In this document: piece by piece, positions 54,023 through 64,000 of the stretch | Layout of the letters: each line of letters starts with the position of its first letter | How positions within the stretch are numbered: the first letter of the stretch is position 1 | Assembly: GCA_002633005.1 (NCBI GenBank) | Contig: NMRA01000308.1 | Coordinates: 1-64,000, forward strand | Source of the DNA: Phoronis australis | Lineage: Eukaryota; Animalia; Phoronida | Reading direction: 5' to 3' | DNA length: 64,000 nt | Translations under genes and position numbers: made by a program | Notes under the pieces: generated by a model | Databases searched by the model: none | What the model was told of the DNA's origin: nothing | Seen by the model: only the letters and a program-made list of their open reading frames with translations

Positions 54023-56571
54023 GGTCTACCTTTCCACAAAACCAGTGCTTGTAACACAAAGAATGGAAGGACATATGGACATTTGTGGCCAAATTTCAGG
54101 AGAATGGAAGCGGAGGAATACCAATAAAGGTCACAACAATGGACTTCTTTCAGCCCAAACTCCCATAGTCACAAGGGCTTGCGAAACAACCCTTTTCACC
54201 CACAAAAAGTTGGCATTTCAAGGTAGTCTACAGAGAGTCCTCCTACAGAAAAAAAAATTCTGGCTTCCTCCAATTTCCAATCCAAATGTCAACATCTTCC
54301 ACAATTTTTTCAAACATTCTTAACTTCATCCAATTTCTTCATGTAATCTCAACATCTTTCCCATTTTTCAAAAAATTCCTAAGAAAAATGCTACAAATTC
54401 ACCAAGTATAATTACACATACAAAAAATTAAGCCTCCCCTCCACTCCATGGTTTTTAGTTGAATTCACAAATAAAAGTGTATGCTTCAGATCACATAGGC
54501 TGACCTTTAGACCATGCCTGTAACCCCTGCCCAAGGAGGTTTATCCCAAACATGGACTTCAATTAGAAATATCTCAAACAATGGTTGTGTTTAATGAATA
54601 CATGCAAGTAGTCAGGCCTAGTCACACAGTTTTACTAAGGTCAATTTTCATGGTGTGTTTTTTGGCAATTGTTTTCATAAGTGCAGTGGCACACAGCCAA
54701 TATTCATCAACTGATTATTTATGATAATTACCAGATTAATTTGGTATAGATATTAAACTTTCTGACGTTCCAATTCACAGGAAAAAAGGCAGTGACATCT
54801 TACTGTTGTCAGTGACCAAAAACAGCCTTTTGAGTTACATTTATTAAGTGTCAGCAAAGTAAGACTCATCACATTGTGTTGATAGCTCATTTCATATGTT
54901 TGTTAACTTGGTACCCTATTTGACCTCTGACCCCAGTGAAGTAATGACATCATTTCCTCTAGTTATTACTATCATCATGTGTATCATTGTGATGTAACTG
55001 TTATATTGTTAATGTAATTGCCATTGATGGTAATCGGTAAGACCATTAGAATATTCAAAGTACCCTCTTTTATCACAGGAATATCAATATCATCACTATG
55101 TAGTGCTCACACATCAGATATTCACTAGATTAGCTCATTAAGACACTTCAAGGTGGGAATATGAGTAAAGAGACAAGGTGATCAGTCTGAACATGGAGAC
55201 AAGTCTTCTACATCAGTGTCCAGCTGAGTCTTGAAAAGGATGAGAGAGATCTGAAAGGAGACTAGAGAAAGTGGTGGCAGAGTATAAAGACAGAGATAAG
55301 TGGGGCTAGTTAGGAGTACAGCACATGCCAAAAGAAATCAAGACAAAATAATATCTCCCTAAATTATGGCTACGGTAAAAATTCTTCAATATGGGACAAA
55401 AATAATTGCTGAAATTGCCACATTTTATATTTTTCAGATGATTACCACTGTGACATTGTTGCAAAATTTTACCAAATGATGTTTGGTAACAGCTCTCCCA
55501 TACCAACCATGCTAAACGCAAAGTAAATCTTAATAGAAATTTATTCTTATTGAGAAATTTGACAAAATGAAATTTCATCTGTCCGCCATATTCTGTCCTA
55601 AACTGAAAACTTTTTACTGCAATACAACAAAAAAACCCTGACCATGACTTGTCGTAGCAGCAAAATCAGACTTTTAGATGAACATTTCCACCTTGATTAT
55701 GATCCCAGAAATTTCCCATCATTCCCAGTCACAGCAGCTGGCTACCATGACTATGAACTATATGGGCATTTTGTCTCATTAGTTTTGGCATGTTCTACAT
55801 GTATGTAAATTGAAATAATATAGGCATCTAGTCATAAAGGATTCAAATAAAGAGTTTGCTCATAAATCTTGATAGTAACTGTTAGTATCAAATGGTTTAA
55901 ATTCTTCAGATAATTTAGCATGCCAAGGCTGCTATGAAATAATGCATACATATGCATTTTACCAGCCATGTCAAACAATATTGAATGATAAATTCAATAA
56001 GAGAAAAACATTGTTCCATGAGTTACAGACCACATAACTTTGCGCACTTCATACAGACTTCACAAATTTCACAATGAAAACTGATGGAGACAGTTAACCT
56101 TAGTTGGTGACAGGTTTTCAACCACCACTCCAGCAGTGTCAGACAACAAAAATACAAGGTGAAATGAAAGTTGTAGTAAGCTAAAAGCACGCAACTATTC
56201 AACTCACCTAAAACAACTACACTAAACCAAACCAAGGAGTAATAGATCCAGTTTCAGATGCAGACGTGTCACTGGTTTATCATGGGTTTGTAATGATTTG
56301 CAGTAAGCCAACCTGAATTCTCGACAAACAGTGCAACTAAAACTGATCACATGACCAGTGAAACTTACTGCCCTCTTGTGGATGAAAGGGACAATCCACT
56401 CAGTCAGGGAGAAGGTGTAAAGCAAGCACAATATAGAAGTTTTACATAAGTGCTCCCATATAACATCCACAATGATGGAGAATATCTCTATGTCCAGGTT
56501 ACTTTTACACCTAGGAAGGAGCAGTGTTCATTGGTCAACTGCAGAGCAACACCAATGTGTTCTTTTGAGAG

Positions 56572-56870
56572 CATGTGCATTACGCTTGTTCATATACACA
56601 CGTGCATTGCGCTCGTTCATACACACACGTGCATTACGCTCATTCATATACACACGTGCATAATGCTCGTTCATATACACATGTGCATTATGCTCGTTCA
56701 TATACACATGTGCATAATGCTCGTTCATATACACACGTGCATTATGCTTGTTCATATACACATGTGCATTGCGCTCGTTCATATACACACGTGCATAACA
56801 CTCGTTCATATACACACGTGCATAATGCTCGTTCATATACACACGTGCATTATGCTTGTTCATATACACA
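56572..56870. repeat. 27-bp minisatellite, ~11 copies, ending at an assembly gap (N at 56871)
   Basis: GTGCAT(T/A)ATGCTCGTTCATATACACAC units; source of the HIHTCIMLV ORFs. Confidence 0.92.
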
Positions 56871-56871
56871 N

Positions 56872-57202
56872 CTCCCACCCTCCCACCTCCAAGCATTTTT
56901 TGGCTACAGAGTTGTAGTATTTGTCACCGCGGTTTACAATCACACGAGCCGCCATTGAGGAAATCCACCATGCTATCCCAGATGCCCCGGCAATGTTGAC
57001 AATTTACGTTCCTCCGAAACATGAAGAGCAACTTCCGCTTTTCGAGGTGAAAGTCGTCGGCAACGCGGCGGTAAGAAAGACATTTGCCGCGGAAATTTTA
57101 TATCAAATCCGATTCTTTTTACGCAGAAATATAATAAAATACGCGGAAAGAACATTTGAAAAAAGCGGAAATCCGCGTTTCCGCGGAAAATTCCAAGCCC
57201 TG
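56872..57202. mobile_element. Right end of a hAT-like element related to 53768-54022; left end lost in the gap
   Basis: Ends GGAAAATTCCAAGCCCTG, followed by ATATACACACGTG (minisatellite sequence); CCGCGG subterminal motifs. Confidence 0.55.
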
Positions 57203-57541
57203 ATATACACACGTGAATACTGAAGTTGCTGATAGAACAGATTACAGTTGAATGGCAGATTTCATAGCAAATTGTAAACAAAGCAGAGACCTGCAGTGGT
57301 AGAGTATGAACATCCACAGAGACCTCTAGTGGTAGAGTATGAACATCAGCAATGATTGCAAGGCACTAGCATATTTCAGTATGAAGGAGTACAACGCATG
57401 TGTTCTCAAAAGAACATATTGGCATTCCATAAAACAATACTATTTGCCATTTTTTTCAACAAACCCTCCCATTATTTTGTCAATTGTTTGCCCTGTCTAG
57501 TGTTCTATTTTCCATGTTCCTGTCACCACACAGTGACCTAC

Positions 57542-57678
57542 CTTAGGGTCTATCTCCTTGTTAGCTGGGTCTTCATCATCCATTTCAAAGTACAGCTCTG
57601 ACTTGGTGACAGACATAGTACCCCTTACAGCCACACCGGGCGCTATCAGTTGGCACGGAGTTGATAGTGCCACGGGGC
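57542..57678 (-). CDS. NBEA: NBEA exon, PH-like start (PVALSTPCQLIAPGVAVRGTMSVTKSELYFEMDDEDPANKEIDPK)
   Basis: TGACAG acceptor, GTAGGT donor, 137 nt; precedes the mab-21 host intron. Confidence 0.95.
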
Positions 57679-57974
57679 CTGTCAATAAAGGCAAATACAT
57701 ACTACACTCTGTTACAACAAAACACAGAAAAGTTTTCATACATATGGTAGGAACACGATTCGAGTTTTCAACCTTAATAAAGATGCCTGTTCTTGCATTA
57801 AAAGTAACAGCCATTTGATCACTGCTGCAAGTTTTATTCATGAACCACTTAGACGAAATAAAACAATCGAAGACCACCATAATTGTGGCCCAGTTTTCAG
57901 GAAATTTAAATGATAAGATGATGGGACAGGAAGAGGAAAAAGAAAAAGAGACAAGACCATGAAATTTGGGGTAA

Positions 57975-58762
57975 GGGCTGTTCCAGCAAAATCTGTATGG
58001 GAGGGGGGGAAGGCACTTTTATTTCTTATCCACCGCCCATATCTTTCATTTATTTCTCCAACCCATGACCCATAATTTTTTAATTATTTTTAATAGGTTA
58101 AAATATAAAATCCAACACTTGCAAACAAATTGCCTCCAGGAGGACCTGTTAAGATGATTGACAGACAAGAACTAGTTGTCTTGTCCAATATTGTCAAAAA
58201 CTAAAGTAGCCTGTGAGCAATACTTTTGGCAGCCACCAGGTGTCTCTGTTCACCATGTGCCTATAATTTCAATGAACATTTTTTTCAATTATAAGGATCT
58301 ATGAATCTCAAACTGTCTCCACGAACTCTTTTATACTTCTATGTCAAGTAAATATTGGAACTTGTTTATCTTACTCCTCATACTTTTTATTTAAAAATCA
58401 TCAATTTTCTTATATGTGTTGCATAACTTTTCAATTCAATAGGACTGCAGACAAACAGTTGGCTCAAATCAAGTTGCCCATGACTTGATTAATGGCTTAG
58501 TGAATATATTGCACTCTGTTCACTGGCAATATGGGCTTTTTTGTATTGGGATAAGTTAGGATATATGCCAATTGCATTTTTTAGAGTTTTGATGGCTGAA
58601 GTAACCAACCTGTCAACATTAACAGGTCAAAAAATACCACCCACTTCTTACAGGACCGACCACCCATAATTTGAGTTTTTTTCTGAAGACCACCACCCAT
58701 GACTTTTTATTTCTACTGCTGTCCCCCCCCCCCCTCCCACACGGATTTTACTGGAACAGCCC
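57975..58762. mobile_element. PIF/Harbinger (Tourist-like) MITE
   Basis: TAA|GGGCTGTTCCAGCAAAATCTGTATGGGAGGGGGG ... CCCCCCTCCCACACGGATTTTACTGGAACAGCCC|TAA; 3-bp TAA TSD. Confidence 0.85.
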
Positions 58763-59043
58763 TAAATATTTCAATGTCCAAGTAGAACAGAGTTAAACCT
58801 CCATACATGCTCAAGTATTTGTTTTGTATGTTGGTCAGCATAATGTGCAGATCCCGGATTTCAGAAGACAACGCTTTTACAGAATTATTTTACCGACAGG
58901 TGATGACATCACATAAGGGGCCTTAACGATTTTTCTCTGAAAGAGGACAGTGTTATGCCACAGTTCAAACTATAAGTCATCAGAAAAAATTTCAACAATT
59001 AACTCCACATGATAAAACAGCGGTAATCATTTGTTTGACATAC

Positions 59044-59196
59044 CAGTAAACTCCATCTCGTACTCTCTCTCATCCATCGACATCAGCTCCTCATCTGTGA
59101 CATCTAGCGCCTCCTTTTGTTGCTGTTTCTGTTGTTGCCGAGCGAGATGAGCATGGAAGGCTGCTCTGGCTTGGTTTATGGCATCTTCTGTAGCAC
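59044..59196 (-). CDS. NBEA: NBEA exon, acidic linker (ATEDAINQARAAFHAHLARQQQ...EYEMEFT)
   Basis: CCACAG acceptor, GTATGT donor, 153 nt; phase 1 to 1 fits both neighbours. Confidence 0.88.
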
Positions 59197-59527
59197 CTGT
59201 GGGCAGACATGAGACACAACCATAACAAGATGATGTGTTCATGAACTGTAGCACATGTGGACAGACATGAGACACAACCATAACAACATGCGTTCATGAA
59301 CTGCAGCACATGTGGACAGACATGAGACACAACCATAACAACATGCGTTCATGAACTGCAGCACATGTGGACAGACATGAGACACAACCATAACAACATG
59401 CGTTCATGAACTGCAGCACATGTGGACAGACATGAGACACAACCATAACAAGATGATGTGTTCATGAACTGTAGCACATGTGGGCTAACATGAGACACAC
59501 AACCGTAACAACATGTGTTCATAAACT
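59188..59527. repeat. 55/58-bp tandem repeat, ~6 copies, overlapping an NBEA splice acceptor
   Basis: Units begin at 59188, 59246, 59301, 59356, 59411 and 59469. Confidence 0.92.
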
Positions 59528-60679
59528 TTGCTCACCACTGTCGGACCCCAAAAATGTTCAATTTTGGCCAAATTTGGAAAAATATATTTTAGAAGTGACT
59601 GAACGGAATGATATGAAACTTTCATATATCATGCTTTATGCACTGCTCTGCAAAATGAACTGTTTTTAAAATGTTCCACTTTGCATGAGGGGTTATCAAA
59701 AATAGGACTTAATACATGATTTTTTGTGAAAGAAAAATTATAGTGGCATGAAACAAAACAATAATTTAGGAAATTTAACAGCCGTTTTTGAGATTTTATC
59801 TTGAAGATTTCTACAGAATCATGCAAAATGTTGGTCATGTAATTGAGCCTGTTTTGCTATGTGATGTACTTCTTTTTTGCTAAATTTTACTAAAAAGCAT
59901 AATCACATGAGTTTATTAATGGCAGATTGGTATAATATCAACAATCAAATTCTATTGCATTTTTCTTTCAGAAAATATAGACTTTTGCCGAGTTAAATTG
60001 TGTAGTTTTGAAGATACCTGGCTAAATGTATAGACATGGTCAGTGCTCAGTGGCAGTTAATACATTGTTCATCTTTGCTGTTTGCTATCTTCAGAGCAAA
60101 CATCACATTGTTAATCAGGAAAATGTGGAGTAATTTTTGATTTTTATGACAAGAAAGAACATTCTACTTTAATCTCTGTGATAAAACTGGCTTGATCTTG
60201 TCAATATAACCTTATTTTCCTAAAATTCTGGTACCACATCCATTTTGAGATGAAACATAATCATTTGAATATTTTGTCATTACGAACTGTAAATAAAGGG
60301 TGACTAAAATTATAGAGATGTTTTCAAAAGGAAAAATGACCTCTGAATAGAAAATTTCCTTCATTTTTGACAAGATTCAAGATTTCAGATTGAAAATTCT
60401 ATATTAAGGAGTGTTTAGTTACATGAAAGTGCAAATATTTTTAACCATTTGCCCAGTGCCATCTCCCAGCACATTTAGTAATGAAAGTCATGTTACCACC
60501 AAATAGACAGTGACGGTCACACTGACAATGCCACAAATGTGAAAACGTGTTACAAATAAAACAAGCACCAATATTTTCATATTAACATGTTTCTATAAAG
60601 AATGATAAAGCACAAGCAAATACAATATTTTTTGGTAAATACGGAAGTATTTGCAGACCAGCTGAAGAGCGCCACCTAC

Positions 60680-60801
60680 CATGCTCTATTGCAGCCTTGA
60701 GTGTTGCTTCTGGGTGTGTGGAACCAATGGCATTGCGCACCAGCCGACGACGCCTCCTTGAGTCATCCTCCCAGCTGTCTAACTTCCAGAACTCATCTGG
60801 T
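60680..60801 (-). CDS. NBEA: NBEA exon, DUF1088 (PDEFWKLDSWEDDSRRRRRLVRNAIGSTHPEATLKAAIEH)
   Basis: TTACAG acceptor, GTAGGT donor, 122 nt; FWxLDxWEDDxRRRRR motif. Confidence 0.95.
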
Positions 60802-61292
60802 CTGTAACTTAAACATTTACAATCTTGGACACTTGTTGTTGTAAGCTGCATAATAGCACCTCTTTAAAGACATCTTTTGGAGAGAAAAGTCTGATTAAGA
60901 TATTTAAGACAGGAGTTAGAGCAGCATTTAGCATGAATTCTCAACCAAAAGACTTTGGCAACTCCACTCACAGGAAATGCATATAGTATACGTGCCATTT
61001 TTGAAATCACAATTATAGTGTTGGCCAACAGCAATAAAATCTGGATCCTTTTCTTGAGTTGCTTATGGTTCTTGTTGATCAAGTGCCATCACAGTAAAGA
61101 ATATTATGAAACCAATTCTATGAGTTTAAGTGCTCAATTCATTTTTCGATTTGTGTCAGCTAAATACTAAGGACATGCAGTTTTAACTAACCAAACCAAT
61201 CTTGGGTGACAAAACGAGTAACATGACATTAAGAAATAATTTCCAAAGAAGATACAGCTAATACTAGATATTATTTCAAAGGTCTGAGAATG

Positions 61293-61478
61293 TCTGAGTA
61301 AGTCATACTACATTGTCACACAGTCCCACAACTGGAGGTCTGAGTAAGTCATATTGCATTGTCACACAGCCCCACAACTGGAGGTCTGAGTAAGTCATAT
61401 TGCATTGTCACACAGTCCCACAACTGGAGGTCTGGGTAAGTCATACTGCATTGTCACACAGTCCCACAACTGGAGGTC
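61293..61478. repeat. 46-bp minisatellite, 4 copies
   Basis: TCTGAGTAAGTCATATTGCATTGTCACACAGTCCCACAACTGGAGG units. Confidence 0.92.
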
Positions 61479-61903
61479 AATGACATTTGGTTTCCCAAGG
61501 TTTAGGACTGAACAACAGTAAAAACCATTAATCCATTTTTTGGAAATAGTTAGCATTGACATTCTACAAGTTACAGTAAAAACCTTGAATGATATTTCTT
61601 CGAAATTAGTTCACAGTGACATTGCACAGCAGCAAAAACTACTGATGGAATTTCAGTCATAATCACTTATGGGTGTCCCACATTTTGAGTACCAGTTTTC
61701 TCCACTGAAAAATGGGCATCAAAGTGATTCTCAAATTTCGGGACCCCTGTGAGTGATAATTGCCGAAATCTCTTTGGAAATAGTCCCCAGTGACAAAAGC
61801 TCTTTCCTTGAAACTATTAGGAAGAAGGACATAATACAGAGAAACAAAAACTGCAGATTCTGCTTCAACCACACACTAAGGACTACTCATCAGTAATAAA
61901 CAC

Positions 61904-62070
61904 CTTTGTTCAGGATTACCCCAGGCACCATGTTTATCAGTCATTATGTTGATGATCTTGTCCTTCATCTTGGTTGCTATGACAAAGTCACGCCGTCGTG
62001 CCGACATGATCAGGTGATCACACAACTTCTCTTCATTCTTACAGTCCACTGCACTTTGAGCACACAGAGA
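61904..62070 (-). CDS. NBEA: NBEA exon, DUF1088 (SLCAQSAVDCKNEEKLCDHLIMSARRRD...KHGAWGNPEQR)
   Basis: TTACAG acceptor (last of six copies), AG|GTGTTT donor, 167 nt; phase 0 to 2 fits the next exon. Confidence 0.9.
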
Positions 62071-62429
62071 CTGTAAAGGGAGAGGTTAAGCATACTTTGC
62101 ATTCTTACAGTCCACTGCACTTTGAGCACACAGAGACTGTAAAGGGAGAGGTTAAGCATACTTTGCATTCTTACAGTCCACTGCACTTTGAGCACACAGA
62201 GACTGTAAAGGGAGAGGTTAAGCATACTTTGCATTCTTACAGTCCACTGCACTTTGAGCACACAGAGACTGTAAAGGGAGAGGTTAAGCATACTTTGCAT
62301 TCTTACAGTCCACTGCACTTTGAGCACACAGAGACTGTAAAGGGAGAGGTTAAGCATACTTTGCATTCTTACAGTCCACTGCACTTTGAGCACACAGAGA
62401 CTGTAAAGGGAGAGGTTAAGCATACTTTG
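62034..62429. repeat. 66-bp tandem repeat, 6 identical copies, spanning an NBEA intron-exon junction
   Basis: Minus-strand unit CAAAGTATGCTTAACCTCTCCCTTTACAG|TCTCTGTGTGCTCAAAGTGCAGTGGACTGTAAGAATG. Confidence 0.97.
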
Positions 62430-63224
62430 TGAAATGAAAATGAGAAATCAAAATAATTGGTATAACAGCGCACTAGAAAGACGAATAACGTCATTCCCTG
62501 GTTTGAAAAAAGTTTGCCAATCAAGATCAAGATTGATTTGAACGAGGCGTGTCTGCTAAACATATCGTATATATTGAATGCCATGGGCTGGAAAAAAGAT
62601 ATTTTGTTATTTGACTATGTAAACTTTTGTAAAAACCAAAGTCATTCTTAGTGAACCACTAATTCACCAAATTTTTTGAAACATGATTTTGTCAACCACT
62701 TGCCAGACAACTCCAAAAAAGGCAAAAAAGCAGGGACAATCACAAAAAACTAACACACATTGAAAAGCAATTAAAAAGATATTAAATAATTATTGTGATT
62801 CAAAAATTTCTTCCATTTCAAAATTCTTGCCCCTTCTTTCTTTTTGTAGATACAAGCTTTACCAATACAAAATTTATCTCTGACAAAATGTCTAAAGTTT
62901 CTTGTTCCAGAATATCAAGTTGGTCAACAGGAGTCCATCTGGGCAGTAGGATCAAGACAAGGTGACTTTAGAGTCCTTTAGGTTGCATTCAATGGAGGCA
63001 GAGATACACTGCTAAACACCATTACTGTAACAAGTTAACTTTAGAGTCCTTTACAAGAATAAATTCAATGGGGGGTGGAGATACGCAGCCAAACCGCATT
63101 ACTGTAACAGCGTGGGTGCAAAACATCATCATCTGACAGTCTAAGTCCAGAGAATAATTCTTTCAGAGGAAATAATAGGCCATTGGCCCTCACCTCTGAT
63201 GGCCCTAGACAATAAAGTGGTTAC

Positions 63225-63333
63225 CTCAAACTCAGCATGCCTCTGCACATCCTCGGCTCTCATGCGATTCAAGATAAACTCTGCCTCATTGGCCACTCTC
63301 ACTATGTGGTCCCGTGTAGCATGAGCCAGCAGC
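63225..63333 (-). CDS. NBEA: NBEA exon, DUF1088 ([36 protein letters not shown])
   Basis: CTGTAG acceptor, GTAACC donor, 109 nt; [16 protein letters not shown] motif. Confidence 0.95.
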
Positions 63334-63554
63334 CTACAGTGACAAGACATTTTTGAACAGACGAAGAAGCTCAATGTAACTTTACATGAATGTATGCTTT
63401 TGTATTTTTCAACATGCGACACTATTTTAACAGTGAAAAGCGTCACTGACTGCAGACACTAACAAGAAAGCTACTTGTAATGACATCACAATTTAACCAA
63501 CTTTAAATAACTGGTCCAATTTCCCTGCTAAATCAATTTCAGGAATGGCCATGT

Positions 63555-63750
63555 AATATTCGGCGTGTACACACGAGACGACAGAGGTCAGGGTAGGGAA
63601 ACAACCAACGACTGGACTTTTAACTCAGGCCTGTGGGTTACACAAGTCCGAGGGCCCCAGGTATAGACTCGAGTTGAACCACAGGACTTAAGCTCCAACC
63701 TGCAGTGTGATGGAGTCAGGCCACAGACTTGACTACAATACTATCACTGC
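63555..63750 (-). mobile_element. Possible degenerate tRNA-derived SINE
   Basis: Minus-strand A-box-like TAGTATTGTAG and B-box-like GGTTCAACTCG in a locally GC-richer segment; weak. Confidence 0.25.
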
Positions 63751-64000
63751 ATCCCGTCAATTTCACTAAATTCCCCTATTGTGTATAAACAAGTGGTTTT
63801 TATTTTTACTTTAATTGTCAGTCCCATTAGAGCTGCCTTTTGTCTGAATCTACTCCTTGAAGTGAGGTGAGGGTAAGTACTGCACATTTCAAGAAGGAAG
63901 TCCCATTCACAAGCAGTGTAAGATTAGGCCATCTATTGGCCAGTTTGTGTCATGGTGTATAGCTGTGAGTGCAGGCCACTGCAGTAAGTTGTATAAGCTG

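Noticed and set aside
53898-54323. 141-aa Glu/Lys-rich ORF
   Set aside because: Starts inside the hAT-like MITE's AAAAGAGGAAA repeats; no recognisable domain.
56450-56958. His/Cys-rich repetitive ORFs
   Set aside because: Open in several frames because the 27-bp unit has few stops; the region crosses an assembly N.
61914-61919. Alternative donor G|GTAATC for the 61904-62070 exon
   Set aside because: Gives phase 1, while the next exon needs phase 2; the donor after 61904 fits.
62010-62432. 137-aa and 111-aa repeat ORFs
   Set aside because: Alternative frames of the 66-bp array; the NBEA frame has a stop in each unit.

Overview
AT-rich metazoan genomic DNA, probably a marine invertebrate bilaterian (taxon inferred); nothing prokaryotic. 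The minus strand carries the 3' part of a neurobeachin/LRBA-family BEACH gene. I reconstructed 21 phase-consistent GT-AG coding exons from 63333 down to the stop at 9806, encoding DUF1088, PH-like, BEACH and WD40 regions; the 5' part lies beyond the window. Its 31.9-kb intron (25616-57541) hosts a complete two-exon mab-21 gene on the opposite strand (46846-48698, 359 aa), the known Mab21/Nbea-Lrba nested pair. At 1102-2064 is an intronless ORF resembling only the anchor plus SGNH catalytic domain of CASD1, without its multi-pass membrane domain. The interval 2.4-8.5 kb is a nest of non-autonomous DNA transposons with readable TIRs and TSDs. The most unusual observations are: tandem repeats that duplicate NBEA splice acceptors (six identical acceptors at 62.0-62.4 kb, and an apparently older array at 59.2-59.5 kb with AG changed to AT); a 43-bp intronic array of composite AG|GT sites; a ~146-bp periodic array of co-oriented CTCF-like motifs; and a CpG-retaining domain around the nested mab-21 inside a CpG-depleted host gene body. 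All calls were made by eye, with no database searches.
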